A DNA stretch of 64,000 bases from Laetmonice hystrix. Lineage: Eukaryota. Of this stretch, positions 25,146-35,286 are shown one piece after another. A program made the position numbers and the translations under genes. Every line of letters starts with the position of its first letter. The first letter of the stretch is position 1. The DNA lies in contig OZ249436.1 in assembly GCA_965235115.1 (NCBI GenBank), positions 26,166,001 to 26,230,000 of the forward strand, read 5' to 3'. Below the pieces are notes generated by a model, which saw only the letters and a program-made list of their open reading frames with translations, was not told the origin of the DNA and did no database searches.

Positions 25146-28100
25146 ACACCTGTCCCTGGTCAATAATACTTGCACCGATATCTTGACATTAGGTCAGGTT
25201 GGGTCTTATTGGGTCCTTGTCGCTTTATTGACAAAACAGAAGTATAATACATGTACTCTGCGACGATATATTGATAGTATGTAAAGGGTCGCCTCTGTGT
25301 TAAGCCTCCTGCTAAGTCTATATCAAATTACAGGTCTTCCTACAGGCATCTGGACGAGTCCACGATTAATATTGACAGCAGATCTAGGAAGGTGGGGTCA
25401 TAAGACGTGAGCGTGTATTGATTGGACCGGTGACAATTCAATTCAATACTTCATTACGGATAACAATGATCCATATAAGTTTCTAGACTTTAACTCTTAA
25501 CTACAGGGACTATTGCTATTTTAATCACAGTACAGGTGTACCAAGTGTAACATACCCCCCCCCCGGTGTACCCCCCCCCCCCCCGGTATAGTTCGATTGT
25601 ACTTTCCAATTGTTTAATAAACCATGCCGTACGTCCGGGTTTCAACTAACAAAATAGTTAGTTCAGCCATTCTCTTATGTCGGGTGGAATTCCAAAAACA
25701 TACCTTTTTAAGGCATTTAGTTATTAATATATCTCTTTAAAAATGAAAAATATCAATTTTTCACAATTCAGTGAAGGAACTACATCATGTAGTCATAAGT
25801 CAAGCAAAAATAATCGGAAATGCCTTAAATACTCCACAAAATACGACTGAAATATTCTTGAAATATGTATTTTATAAAAACAGAACAAAAAAGTATTTCT
25901 GTATAATTATTTCATTCATTCTTCGGGGTATTTCAAGTTTGTTTAGACCCTATAGGGGTGCTCTTCTGAAGGACTGTTGCTATAAACGTTTACACCGGGG
26001 AACAAGTCGCTGCTTGATCTCATTTGTGAAGGACATTCTGTAGGCCATTCAGAGAGACTAAGCATGATTCTGGCGGAGGCCATCAACATCACCCCGTCCA
26101 CTAATCGTTTATATGGCAGAGAGCAAACAGTTAATATCGAGAATGGCAGTGGATTCTGGAACGGAGAAGGCAAACCACACGTGCTGCTGCACCTGGCGCA
26201 TGGCAGCAGTGCGTGCCGAGCCACATGGCGGGGGGGGGGGGGGGGGGTCTGTACATAGAAACCCAGTGGGGGAGGGAAGCAAGGCAGCCATCCGGTCGGT
26301 CAGTCGGTGCTATAAAAGAACGGAAGAAACAGTGCAGTGGTGCCTGCCAACCTACCTACAGCTATGCAGCCATCGGGCTGGGGCAATGTCAGCGCTGGAT
26401 GTTCTCCAGTGTGAGCCGATCACAGCAGCCGATTACAGCACCAGAACTGTACAGGGAGACGGGGTTAGGGTGGGCACCAGGACGCACCCGGCAGACGGAG
26501 ACGCCATGCCTGTCTACAGGTGACCCCCCCCCCTCCCCTCCACCACCACCACCATCACCACCTCACCCGATACCAAACCCATTATGCCTATATGCCAGAC
26601 ATGGACGCTAGGGCTCCAGAAGTTCAACATGGCCAGCTAACCGAATCCCGATCCCTCCCTGGCCCCATGCAGTGGTCAGCAGTTCAGCAGTGACCGCCTA
26701 CAAACAACATGGTCTGCATCATCTAGGGACTGGAGCCTGGGTTGGAATTGGGACATGCCGGTTGGCATTGGGACATGCCACCTGATACCCAACCTACCTT
26801 TAATGGACTCGAGTACAGGAAGGTCGTATAGCTGGTGTCCAGTATAGCTTACATACGCCACCAGGTAATTATGTCAGCGTATTGATTATGAGGCAGGTAA
26901 GTCCTAATCACAATGAAAACGTTTGTATGTCATTCAACACGTATGATATTAGGAAAAATCATAAATTCTCATTTTGTTAGAGCCACCCGTAAGCAGAGGT
27001 GGGTCTGGGGCCCCCTTGGGCCAAGGGCCACGATCTTGCGGGAAGGGGCTTTATTTTTAGGGAAAATATCTTGAAATCATGTTCTTTTCATATACAGTCA
27101 GACCTCGTTAATCCATGCTCCACTAATCCGTTTTCCTCGACCCCCCAATGGTAGTAATCCTTGGGGACGATTTTCTTTTAGCTCATATTGTACCCAGTAA
27201 TCCAGAAACCCTAGTTTCCGAATTGAAACGCACCATATTGGAATATTTCTATTCATATACCCGAACGCCATACTCTCAACGATAGCAATCGGCCTTGAGC
27301 AAAGATGGTATGCCGAGATATCTCGGGTGGAGGCATGGAATAGTTCTGCCGGGGTGGCGTACTGTAGCTCCCGCCGTACTGTACATTCTGCACGGCCATC
27401 TACCCGGCTTGGAGCCATCACAGACCGGGACTTAGATGCAGAAAGTCCCGTCAGTAAGGAGTTGACCTGTCGGTGTCCTGCCAGGATATAGCCGCGCACA
27501 TAACAAGGCATACATCCAGCTAGTTTGACCGCAGTTTTCAATTTTGGTCACAGGAAACGTAGGCCCTATACTTAGGCACACGCGACACGGGGCACGCCCA
27601 GAATGATGTTGTTTTTTTTTTTAAATCCCGTACAATGTATGTGATACAGGATACAACGGGTATACATGAACGGTATACATAGAAAAGCATAAGTAACGTC
27701 TAAATACGTCTGAGAAACGTCTGCTTAAGTATGAGTAACGTCTTCATTCAGCCCAGCTTACAGAACATCGAACGCCTGATTAACGTCTGCTTAAGTATGA
27801 GTAACGAACAAAACGGCTGAAATACGTCAATCACCATTCAGTTTCCGTCTTTGAAAAGGCCAAGCTCCGCATATGAGACATATGAGAACCGCCAATCGGG
27901 ATCGGAAGCTGGCCGTTTCAAACTTTGAACATGTCCAAAGTTTAAAACGGCTAGCGCCGTCTGTCAACGTCTAGATACGTCTGAAAACCAGCTGAAAAAC
28001 GAATTAAAAACGAATGACAACGTCTAATAAACGCACGCCTTCATTTTTCAGACGGAATCATTAAACGGCAAGTCACGGCCAGAGACCAGCTGCCGAACTG

Positions 28101-29870
28101 CACTCTCGCGGGATATGCCGAGATTAGGCACCAGCGGGCATTATGAGCGGGTGACTGTAAAATGTTTGTATAAATAATTGTACTTTGCTTATTATATTAG
28201 TACATGTTGTAGTACTATTCTATTTTACACATATATTTGACACTGAACAAGACCAGTTACATAGGGTTGTCATCAATATGGAATGCCCCTTCTTAACAAC
28301 TTATTATCAAGTTGACCATAGGAATCAACCCGCAACTCGACAACAGTTTAACAAATGCTGGCCCAATTTCAGCTTATTCCAATTTATCTAATTACATAAT
28401 TTTTATTTCGGTTATATTTGATAAATATCCTTCGCCTCCCGTGACAAGTGATGGCGGGGGAAGGTATAGGCCGGTAGGGGGCCCATGAGTTGTGCTGCCC
28501 CGGGGCCGGCCCTGGCTGTCGATGCCACTGCTCAAAGGGCACTTACCTACAGAACAGGCGCGGATACAGGACTGCAAAGGGGGTATGTACGAAAGCCCAG
28601 AAGGCTCATGCGAAATTCGAGATTCGAAATTCGAAATTCGAAATTCCATATCTGATCTGACCAATCGGAATTCTTGTTGCATAGATCTATGCCCTATACC
28701 TAGATCTCTTTTAAGCCCCTTGGACGAAGGGACTCAGAAAGCTGTTTTAGGCACGGCGCGGCCTTTGCATTTAGGTCTTATAGCCTAAGCTGCTTAGGTC
28801 TAATCAATGCACGCAGTTAATTAGGCCATGGCCTAAAGATATAGCTATATCCTCGTAGGCCTAGTGGTGGGCTTTATCTCTCCTATAGCCTAGGCCTATT
28901 AAAGCAGTTTAAAACTTAAATATTAGGCCTAGGCCTATAGACCATTCTAGGCCTAGGCTAATCTAACGTAGTAGGGCTAGGCCTACTAATCAAATTCGCA
29001 AATTAGGCCCAACGCCTGGGCGCTTAATTACGTGTAGATCTAGGCCCCCATATAGCCCTATGCTAATTAAAGACTATAAGCCTATGACGCAGTCACTGGC
29101 GCCGATTACGACCCGATTGCCCCATTCGGGCCTATAGACCATCTAGGCCTAGGCTCATTGGCCGTGTTATCTGATTGGTCGATTTCATGGTCGATTTTAT
29201 GCAAGCTCTCCTAGCATTGGTCAAATCAGATTTCGAGAATCAGATGACACGGCCAAATAATGAGCCAAGGCCTAGATAGGTCTATAGGCCTAGGCCTAAT
29301 ATTAATATTTAAGTTTTAAACTGCTTTATTAGGCCTAGGCTATAGCACAGATAAAGCCTGCCACGCATGTATTGTATACAAAGATATCGCTATAGAGTCG
29401 GCCTAATGGGGTACTATACGCCAAAACACTCGGAAGGTGGCGCTTCCACCAACTAAGCCATCCAAAAACGAGGTTGCCATTGTAAAGGATAGGGTGGCTA
29501 CCATCAAGCCACGATTACACTTCTTTCGGGTCGTTTGTAATATTCAGACATCGTGAAAAGTGCAGACATATGTCTCTTTTGTTTTCGACATCAAACGATA
29601 CCTAATTTAAAAGATGACAAAAATTTGAAAAACCATTATTTGTATCAATGTTACCGGTTCGAGGCTAGACCTATTGTCAGAACCAATCAGCCTAGCGCCA
29701 GTTAAAAGAAATGCAAAGCCATGTACTCACAACAGTTCGGTGTCAACCAGGGGAGAAGAAAAAAGATTCGAAGAACGGAAGTGGGTAGGAATACAAACTC
29801 GGCGACATCCGCTAAGATCCGTGTTACAACGTAGTCCCGAAACCAACACCAGACGGCAGTACTGGCGTAA

Positions 29871-29887
29871 TCTCTTTTTCCTTCCTT
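29871..29887 (-). promoter_or_regulatory. Polypurine tract
   Basis: Minus strand AAGGAAGGAAAAAGAGA lies 3 nt before the 3' LTR. Confidence 0.85.
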
Positions 29888-30093
29888 GAAGGAGCAAACA
29901 GTCCCTCATTCAGTCTAGGTATGCAGTCTATGGACTGACAGATACGTAACCACTGTCTCAGACGTTGAAGCATAAAAGGGGTCTTGTCACATGTAAATTC
30001 AATCACAGCATTTTTTTCTCTTTTTCTTTTCCTTTTTCTATTTTTTTTTTTTGTATTTTCCTATGAACGATCACTTATTACTATCGTGACCAC

Positions 30094-33000
30094 CTATGAT
30101 AGCTCGTAATCCATCAACCGTTTAGGTGGTCGACGGATTCGGTCAGAACGTCTTAGTGACTGGCTGACTGTTGTCGCTTCTGTAGAATGATCACTGTCTT
30201 CAAAGTGATCTATAGGGGCCTCTATGCTCTGGCTGACCTCATTCGGAATACTACTGTCCTCTATAGGCTGCGCTACGGTCGAGAGATCTCTTTCGATCCG
30301 ATGTGGAGGCATAGCTATATCGACAGGTACGACAGGTGGTTGAGGCGGTTCAGTGGACTGTAAGGGGTACTCAACGATGTCATCTATACTATTGTCATCA
30401 TTGACACTGCTTGTGTCTCGCGAATTTAGCAAGTAACTATGGTCGACATGGGGAACCTTGTAGCATTCTGAAGACTTTACTCTATACGATGTGCTCCGTA
30501 GTTGTGAACCCACAAACTTGCGGATATTGCACCATGATCCTTCAACACGGACCACGAGATATCGATTTCTCGCCTGGGACTTGTTGCGATCGCTGTAAAG
30601 ATACACCAAATCTCCAACCTGAAGATCAGCTGAAGGGTTAGCCCTCCCTCTAGGTGACTTTGAGATTTCACTATGGGCGTGATTAGATAAGCGTTGCTGA
30701 TGTTTTTTGATAATAATCTCACGATCATTGAAGGGTATTTGTGCGTTGGAAAATTGATCGCGATGTGTCCATAACTCCCTTGCTGATAGGCCTTGAGACC
30801 GAATACGGGCATTAAGTTGAGCAGTGGCGATGGCTAGCTCTACTGGTGTAACAGTACCCCCTCTAGGCTCATGACGTAAAAGCTCATCTTGTAACTCTTT
30901 GATAGCTTTTTCTGCGATTGGGTTTTTGTTAAGGTTTTTAACTCGGCCAATCTCTACACAGATCCGATTCTGTCGTAGTACAGCATCATTGGACAAAGCA
31001 GTAAACCCAGGGGCAGGATCAGTTCGAATGACAGCAAGTGGACCATCCAATGGCCGCATCTCAATACACAGCTTTATCAATGCATCGCGGAGGGTCTCAC
31101 TGCGCTCGTTTTCCACCAAGCAAGAGCAAGTGAATGACGTAGTACACTCCCTGAGAACAAGAATAAATTGACGCTCTCTCCTCATGATGTCTGCTGCAAA
31201 AGACACCCCGATGGTCTCTGGTGGTTCAGAGGAAGACTGTTTCACGACTGAGTTAGGTACACTTTGCAACGAGCAACACTGGTGACAACTGCAAGTAACT
31301 TGATCCACATGCTTGTCCAAGTCTAGAGCAAAGAAATATCGTTCAGCTACCAGCTTTAATTGGTGTCTCGTGGGGTGATTTAGTTGTATATGTAGGGCTG
31401 TTAGCAAACCAGTCACTACCTGCCGTGGCACAATTATGCGTTCTCGGACTGACGCTAGAGGTTGTTCCTGTCTGACCACTAACAGGCCATCTTTTGCAAT
31501 GGTGGCGACACCTAAATAGCGCTTAATGTCTCTGATGTTGGTCAACTTCTTCGAGGGTCTCGTCCCCTGAATGAGGTGAGCATGAGTCCGACGTAAGTCT
31601 GGACACTCTGCTTGACAGGCTAGCCATGCTGTCCTGTTTGTAAATGGTATACGGCTCCTACCTTGGAGTACATCTTGTACAGTTACCTGAAGCACAGGAG
31701 AATCTTCGGTTTGGTTTATGAAGGTGCAAACCTGACATGATAGGTCGTTGCATTTTTGAGCGTTGCGACTTGCGAAGTCAGAAGGAATATTAGCCACACC
31801 CGCTAGATGCCGAACTGACGCTTGATACCGGCTGATCATAGATAAGAAAGTGGAGACCCTTGGGCTAGAGGAAAATTCCCCACGGCATAACTTTTCATAT
31901 GCTTGGACGCATGGTTTGCTGTCGGTGAGGATGCACGCATGATGTTTGGATTGTATTATGTAAGGACTGAAATGTTTTGTAGCGACCGCTATAGAAAGAG
32001 CCTCTACTTCACATGGAATCCAAGTAGCCTGGCGGCCACGTAACTTCGCACTGAAAAATCCAGCCAAACGTAGTACACCATCCTGCATAACATAGAGAGT
32101 AGCACCGATGCCATGATTCTTCACTGCTCCATCGGTAACAATCCACAGTTGATCTTTTGGTCTTGGGAGGACAATAGTTTTGTTGGAAACTAAAGTTTGT
32201 TGCGCACGCGAGAAGGCAGCACGGAGCTCATCTGACCACGAAATGTCCTCATAAGACTGTTTTCCGGCCACCGCATCATCCAAAGGGGATAAAATTGATG
32301 CGCACCCAGGAATGACACGAGACAACACCTTATAAGCTCCTATGAAGGACCTCAAGCCTTTGACTTTTCCAGGAATGCTACAGCTCGCAAGAGTTGAAAT
32401 ACGATGGTGACTGGCACGTATGGAACCGAGCTGCCATATCCATCCAAGAATTGTGGTGGACTTTGGACAAATAACTGTTTTAGATGCAGATAGCTTTAGG
32501 TCAGCCTTGCTCAAGGCGTCTAGAACCCTACCCCAGCTCTGGAGGAGTTCACTGGGAGAGTTTCCCCCACAGTAAAGATCGTCTGCGATCTTGACAACTA
32601 TGCCTTCCTCGACCAAGTCTCCTAGTACCCTGCACATCAGCTCTTCAAGCGCTGTCTCTGAACCCGGCATACCCATGGCCGACCTTGCGTAGACTCGAAC
32701 CCCTTTAAATGGAGTGGCAACTCCGCAAAACTTCATCGACTCCTTTGATAGGGGAATCTGATAAAAAGCATTTGTGAGATCAGTAGTTATGATGTACTTC
32801 CACTGTGCTATACTACGAAGTGTGGAATCCACATCAGGAAGGAGTGACGGTTGAGGCTTGCTGTACCTTCCTACATCGGCGAAAGCAGTAACCAGTCTGA
32901 ACCCACCATTTCGCTTCTTAACGAGGAAGGACGGATTCAAATACTCCACTGCTACGTTCACATCCTCAGGGCGGACAAAAACACCCAGCCTCTCTAGCTC

Positions 33001-35061
33001 GTCGAACTTCTGTTGGAGTTCGACGAGTTTATCCCTTCCATACTGAGGAATCCGACCTTTACGCTGGGGCGGAAGCACTGGGCCCATGTTAACCTTGGCC
33101 TGAAAAGGACCATTCGCTCCATTATAACCGGTGATGTCAGGATTAAATACATGATTATGCTTGTTAAGCAAGGCTAGGAACTCCCCTTTCACTTCTGCAG
33201 TCAGTAGGTTGTCAGGATCCACGACTACGTGTTCAGAAAAACTGTTTCCTGATGCGGTTTTAGCTTGTTTGACAGAAACTACGTTGTCCATTTTCGACAC
33301 TTTGTCAGCAGGTAAGATAGGAACATAAACAGATTGAACTTGACAGAACTGCTCGTTGCGCCTTAGTACTCGGGGTTCAGAGTCCAAATTGGGAATACGT
33401 AGCTTGCCCCCAACACTAGAAATGATGGCAGGATACGGCCAAATTTGTGAAGTTTTGACACTTCTGTTGAGAGGAGAGTCCGTACGCGGCTCTAACGCAA
33501 AGATGTCACCCTCAGATCCGATCTGGTCAGGTAGCTGGACCTCAACATACTCACCTGGCCACACTGTGGTAGCATGGCTTGGGGCTCGTAGAACGCATGC
33601 TCTCCTTACGGTATGGCAACCTTGCTCATTGCCAGAAGAACCATAGGGGTACACAGTTCCATCTCCAATCATTACCTGTCTCTTAGCCGGACGAATAGAA
33701 ATGTCATTTACCTCCATAAATGGGGTCCCAGCTAGAATGTCTACATCTAGATCCTCTACGACCAGGCCTTCGAACTGAAGTTCAAGATGGTCTCGAGTGA
33801 CAGTTAGAGCAGTCTCGCCAATGACCTTCAGAGGAGACGAACCATCAGCTTGGTGAGCACACTGGGAGCTACTTTTTACATCGATCCCTAAGAGTCTAGC
33901 TGTTGATGCTCGGATTAAATTACCAGTTGCACCGCTATCTATGGCAATCCGTGCAGTGTGATGTCGGTAGAAAGTATCAATGTAAGGGGATAGGCGTGTC
34001 TGAACTCTGAGTACTGATGACATTGACTGTTGCCGGACATCTACACCCGCGTCTTTTTCCACAAGAGAACAACCAACTTCTTCATCCGCATTTGGTTCTT
34101 CAAATATTTGAGCCACTTGTCGAGCCCTCAGCATATACTTACGATCCTGTTCAGGAAGAAATTCACACTCACTGAGAAAGTGTGAAACCTCTGGTCGACC
34201 AGCTTGACTACAAAGTGGACAACGCCTCTCAGCTTGTCTCCCTCCTTGAAGTTGAAACTTAGGTGACTGACTCGCGCGCTGACCGAAGCGGCTACCCCCG
34301 CCTCTCCTTGTTTGGGGGTAAGGACGTCCTGCACTGGCTCTCATTATTTTGGCATCTTCACATGATTTTATTTCGTCGATCAAGGAATCCAAGGCTTGAG
34401 AAATCTCTGGCTTGATTGATGCAAGAGTTCGAGTTCTTAACTCTGTTCCATAACGTTGCTTTACAAGTTTCGGAAGTTGAGGATCTATTAATCTCAACCA
34501 TGTAAGGACAACCATATTCTCAAGCGTAGGGGAAACCTCTTCATCTTCTTGTATGGCTTCACCATGATGTGTAATTCCTCCATCCCTTTTGACTAAGCTG
34601 TCGTCAATGAAAGCACACAATCGCTGGTATAAATCTTCTGGCCTCTCATTGGGCTCCAGTTGTATTTCATTGAAATCAATGAAGTGTGCACCCGTCAGCT
34701 GGAAACCAAAATGCAGACGTATAGCCTGCCATATGCTCTCGATGGAAGTGGAGTTCTTGACAATGGTGCTCCGTGAGATAATAGGACAAAAGTTTGCAAT
34801 CTGCCCAAGCATTAACTCGAGCATATGGACCTTCTGTTGAGCGGTACGTCTGTTTGCAGCAGGAACAGACTCATCATCATCGGTGAAACCACGTAGGGGT
34901 GTAGCCTTAGACTTCTTCTGCCATCTTGAACCATCCTCGAGATACGGTGCAAAGTTGTCATCTAACGATAGTGTATATAACAGGTTTTGTCTCCAAGCTT
35001 CAAAAGAAGTAACAGTCTCTGTTTTTGACAAACACCATTGCTTTGGTGCTCGCATCGCCAT
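30094..35061 (-). CDS. Gag-Pol polyprotein, 1655 aa (Gag, protease, RT, RNase H, integrase)
   Basis: Protease IDSGA...ILAG; RT DLTNAFYQI, MGMPGS, IADD; RNase H VTDGA..E..TDS..D; integrase HxxxxH..CxxC, then D(ADIM), D(TDPAPGF), E(AEKAI). The domain order is Gypsy-type and there are no stops. Confidence 0.95.
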   Translation of the reverse strand: MAMRAPKQWCLSKTETVTSFEAWRQNLLYTLSLDDNFAPYLEDGSRWQKKSKATPLRGFTDDDESVPAANRRTAQQKVHMLELMLGQIANFCPIISRSTIVKNSTSIESIWQAIRLHFGFQLTGAHFIDFNEIQLEPNERPEDLYQRLCAFIDDSLVKRDGGITHHGEAIQEDEEVSPTLENMVVLTWLRLIDPQLPKLVKQRYGTELRTRTLASIKPEISQALDSLIDEIKSCEDAKIMRASAGRPYPQTRRGGGSRFGQRASQSPKFQLQGGRQAERRCPLCSQAGRPEVSHFLSECEFLPEQDRKYMLRARQVAQIFEEPNADEEVGCSLVEKDAGVDVRQQSMSSVLRVQTRLSPYIDTFYRHHTARIAIDSGATGNLIRASTARLLGIDVKSSSQCAHQADGSSPLKVIGETALTVTRDHLELQFEGLVVEDLDVDILAGTPFMEVNDISIRPAKRQVMIGDGTVYPYGSSGNEQGCHTVRRACVLRAPSHATTVWPGEYVEVQLPDQIGSEGDIFALEPRTDSPLNRSVKTSQIWPYPAIISSVGGKLRIPNLDSEPRVLRRNEQFCQVQSVYVPILPADKVSKMDNVVSVKQAKTASGNSFSEHVVVDPDNLLTAEVKGEFLALLNKHNHVFNPDITGYNGANGPFQAKVNMGPVLPPQRKGRIPQYGRDKLVELQQKFDELERLGVFVRPEDVNVAVEYLNPSFLVKKRNGGFRLVTAFADVGRYSKPQPSLLPDVDSTLRSIAQWKYIITTDLTNAFYQIPLSKESMKFCGVATPFKGVRVYARSAMGMPGSETALEELMCRVLGDLVEEGIVVKIADDLYCGGNSPSELLQSWGRVLDALSKADLKLSASKTVICPKSTTILGWIWQLGSIRASHHRISTLASCSIPGKVKGLRSFIGAYKVLSRVIPGCASILSPLDDAVAGKQSYEDISWSDELRAAFSRAQQTLVSNKTIVLPRPKDQLWIVTDGAVKNHGIGATLYVMQDGVLRLAGFFSAKLRGRQATWIPCEVEALSIAVATKHFSPYIIQSKHHACILTDSKPCVQAYEKLCRGEFSSSPRVSTFLSMISRYQASVRHLAGVANIPSDFASRNAQKCNDLSCQVCTFINQTEDSPVLQVTVQDVLQGRSRIPFTNRTAWLACQAECPDLRRTHAHLIQGTRPSKKLTNIRDIKRYLGVATIAKDGLLVVRQEQPLASVRERIIVPRQVVTGLLTALHIQLNHPTRHQLKLVAERYFFALDLDKHVDQVTCSCHQCCSLQSVPNSVVKQSSSEPPETIGVSFAADIMRRERQFILVLRECTTSFTCSCLVENERSETLRDALIKLCIEMRPLDGPLAVIRTDPAPGFTALSNDAVLRQNRICVEIGRVKNLNKNPIAEKAIKELQDELLRHEPRGGTVTPVELAIATAQLNARIRSQGLSARELWTHRDQFSNAQIPFNDREIIIKKHQQRLSNHAHSEISKSPRGRANPSADLQVGDLVYLYSDRNKSQARNRYLVVRVEGSWCNIRKFVGSQLRSTSYRVKSSECYKVPHVDHSYLLNSRDTSSVNDDNSIDDIVEYPLQSTEPPQPPVVPVDIAMPPHRIERDLSTVAQPIEDSSIPNEVSQSIEAPIDHFEDSDHSTEATTVSQSLRRSDRIRRPPKRLMDYELS

Positions 35062-35268
35062 GGTATGCTAAGTGTATGACAAACCTGGACGATAATTCAG
35101 CTAAACTACAACGTAGATCCTCTCTGCTCACGTACTACAGATTTAGTACGGCGTAGTTGACACTACCAACCAACGTAAGGAGGTGAACTGCTCGTCTTCT
35201 GACAGTGACGTGGCTTGCACAGATAAAGATGTGTAAGTAAAGAGTTCTTGGAGGGAAGTAGCTTCGTT

Positions 35269-35286
35269 ATCCCACCGCTGCCACCA
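35269..35286 (-). promoter_or_regulatory. Primer-binding site, tRNA-Leu
   Basis: Minus strand TGGTGGCAGCGGTGGGAT directly abuts the 5' LTR and matches the recalled complement of a tRNA-Leu 3' end. Confidence 0.85.

Noticed and set aside
30411..35071. Short ORFs overlapping or antisense to gag-pol, including a possible env
   Set aside because: They have no recognisable domains, and only ~230 nt separate the pol stop from the 3' LTR.
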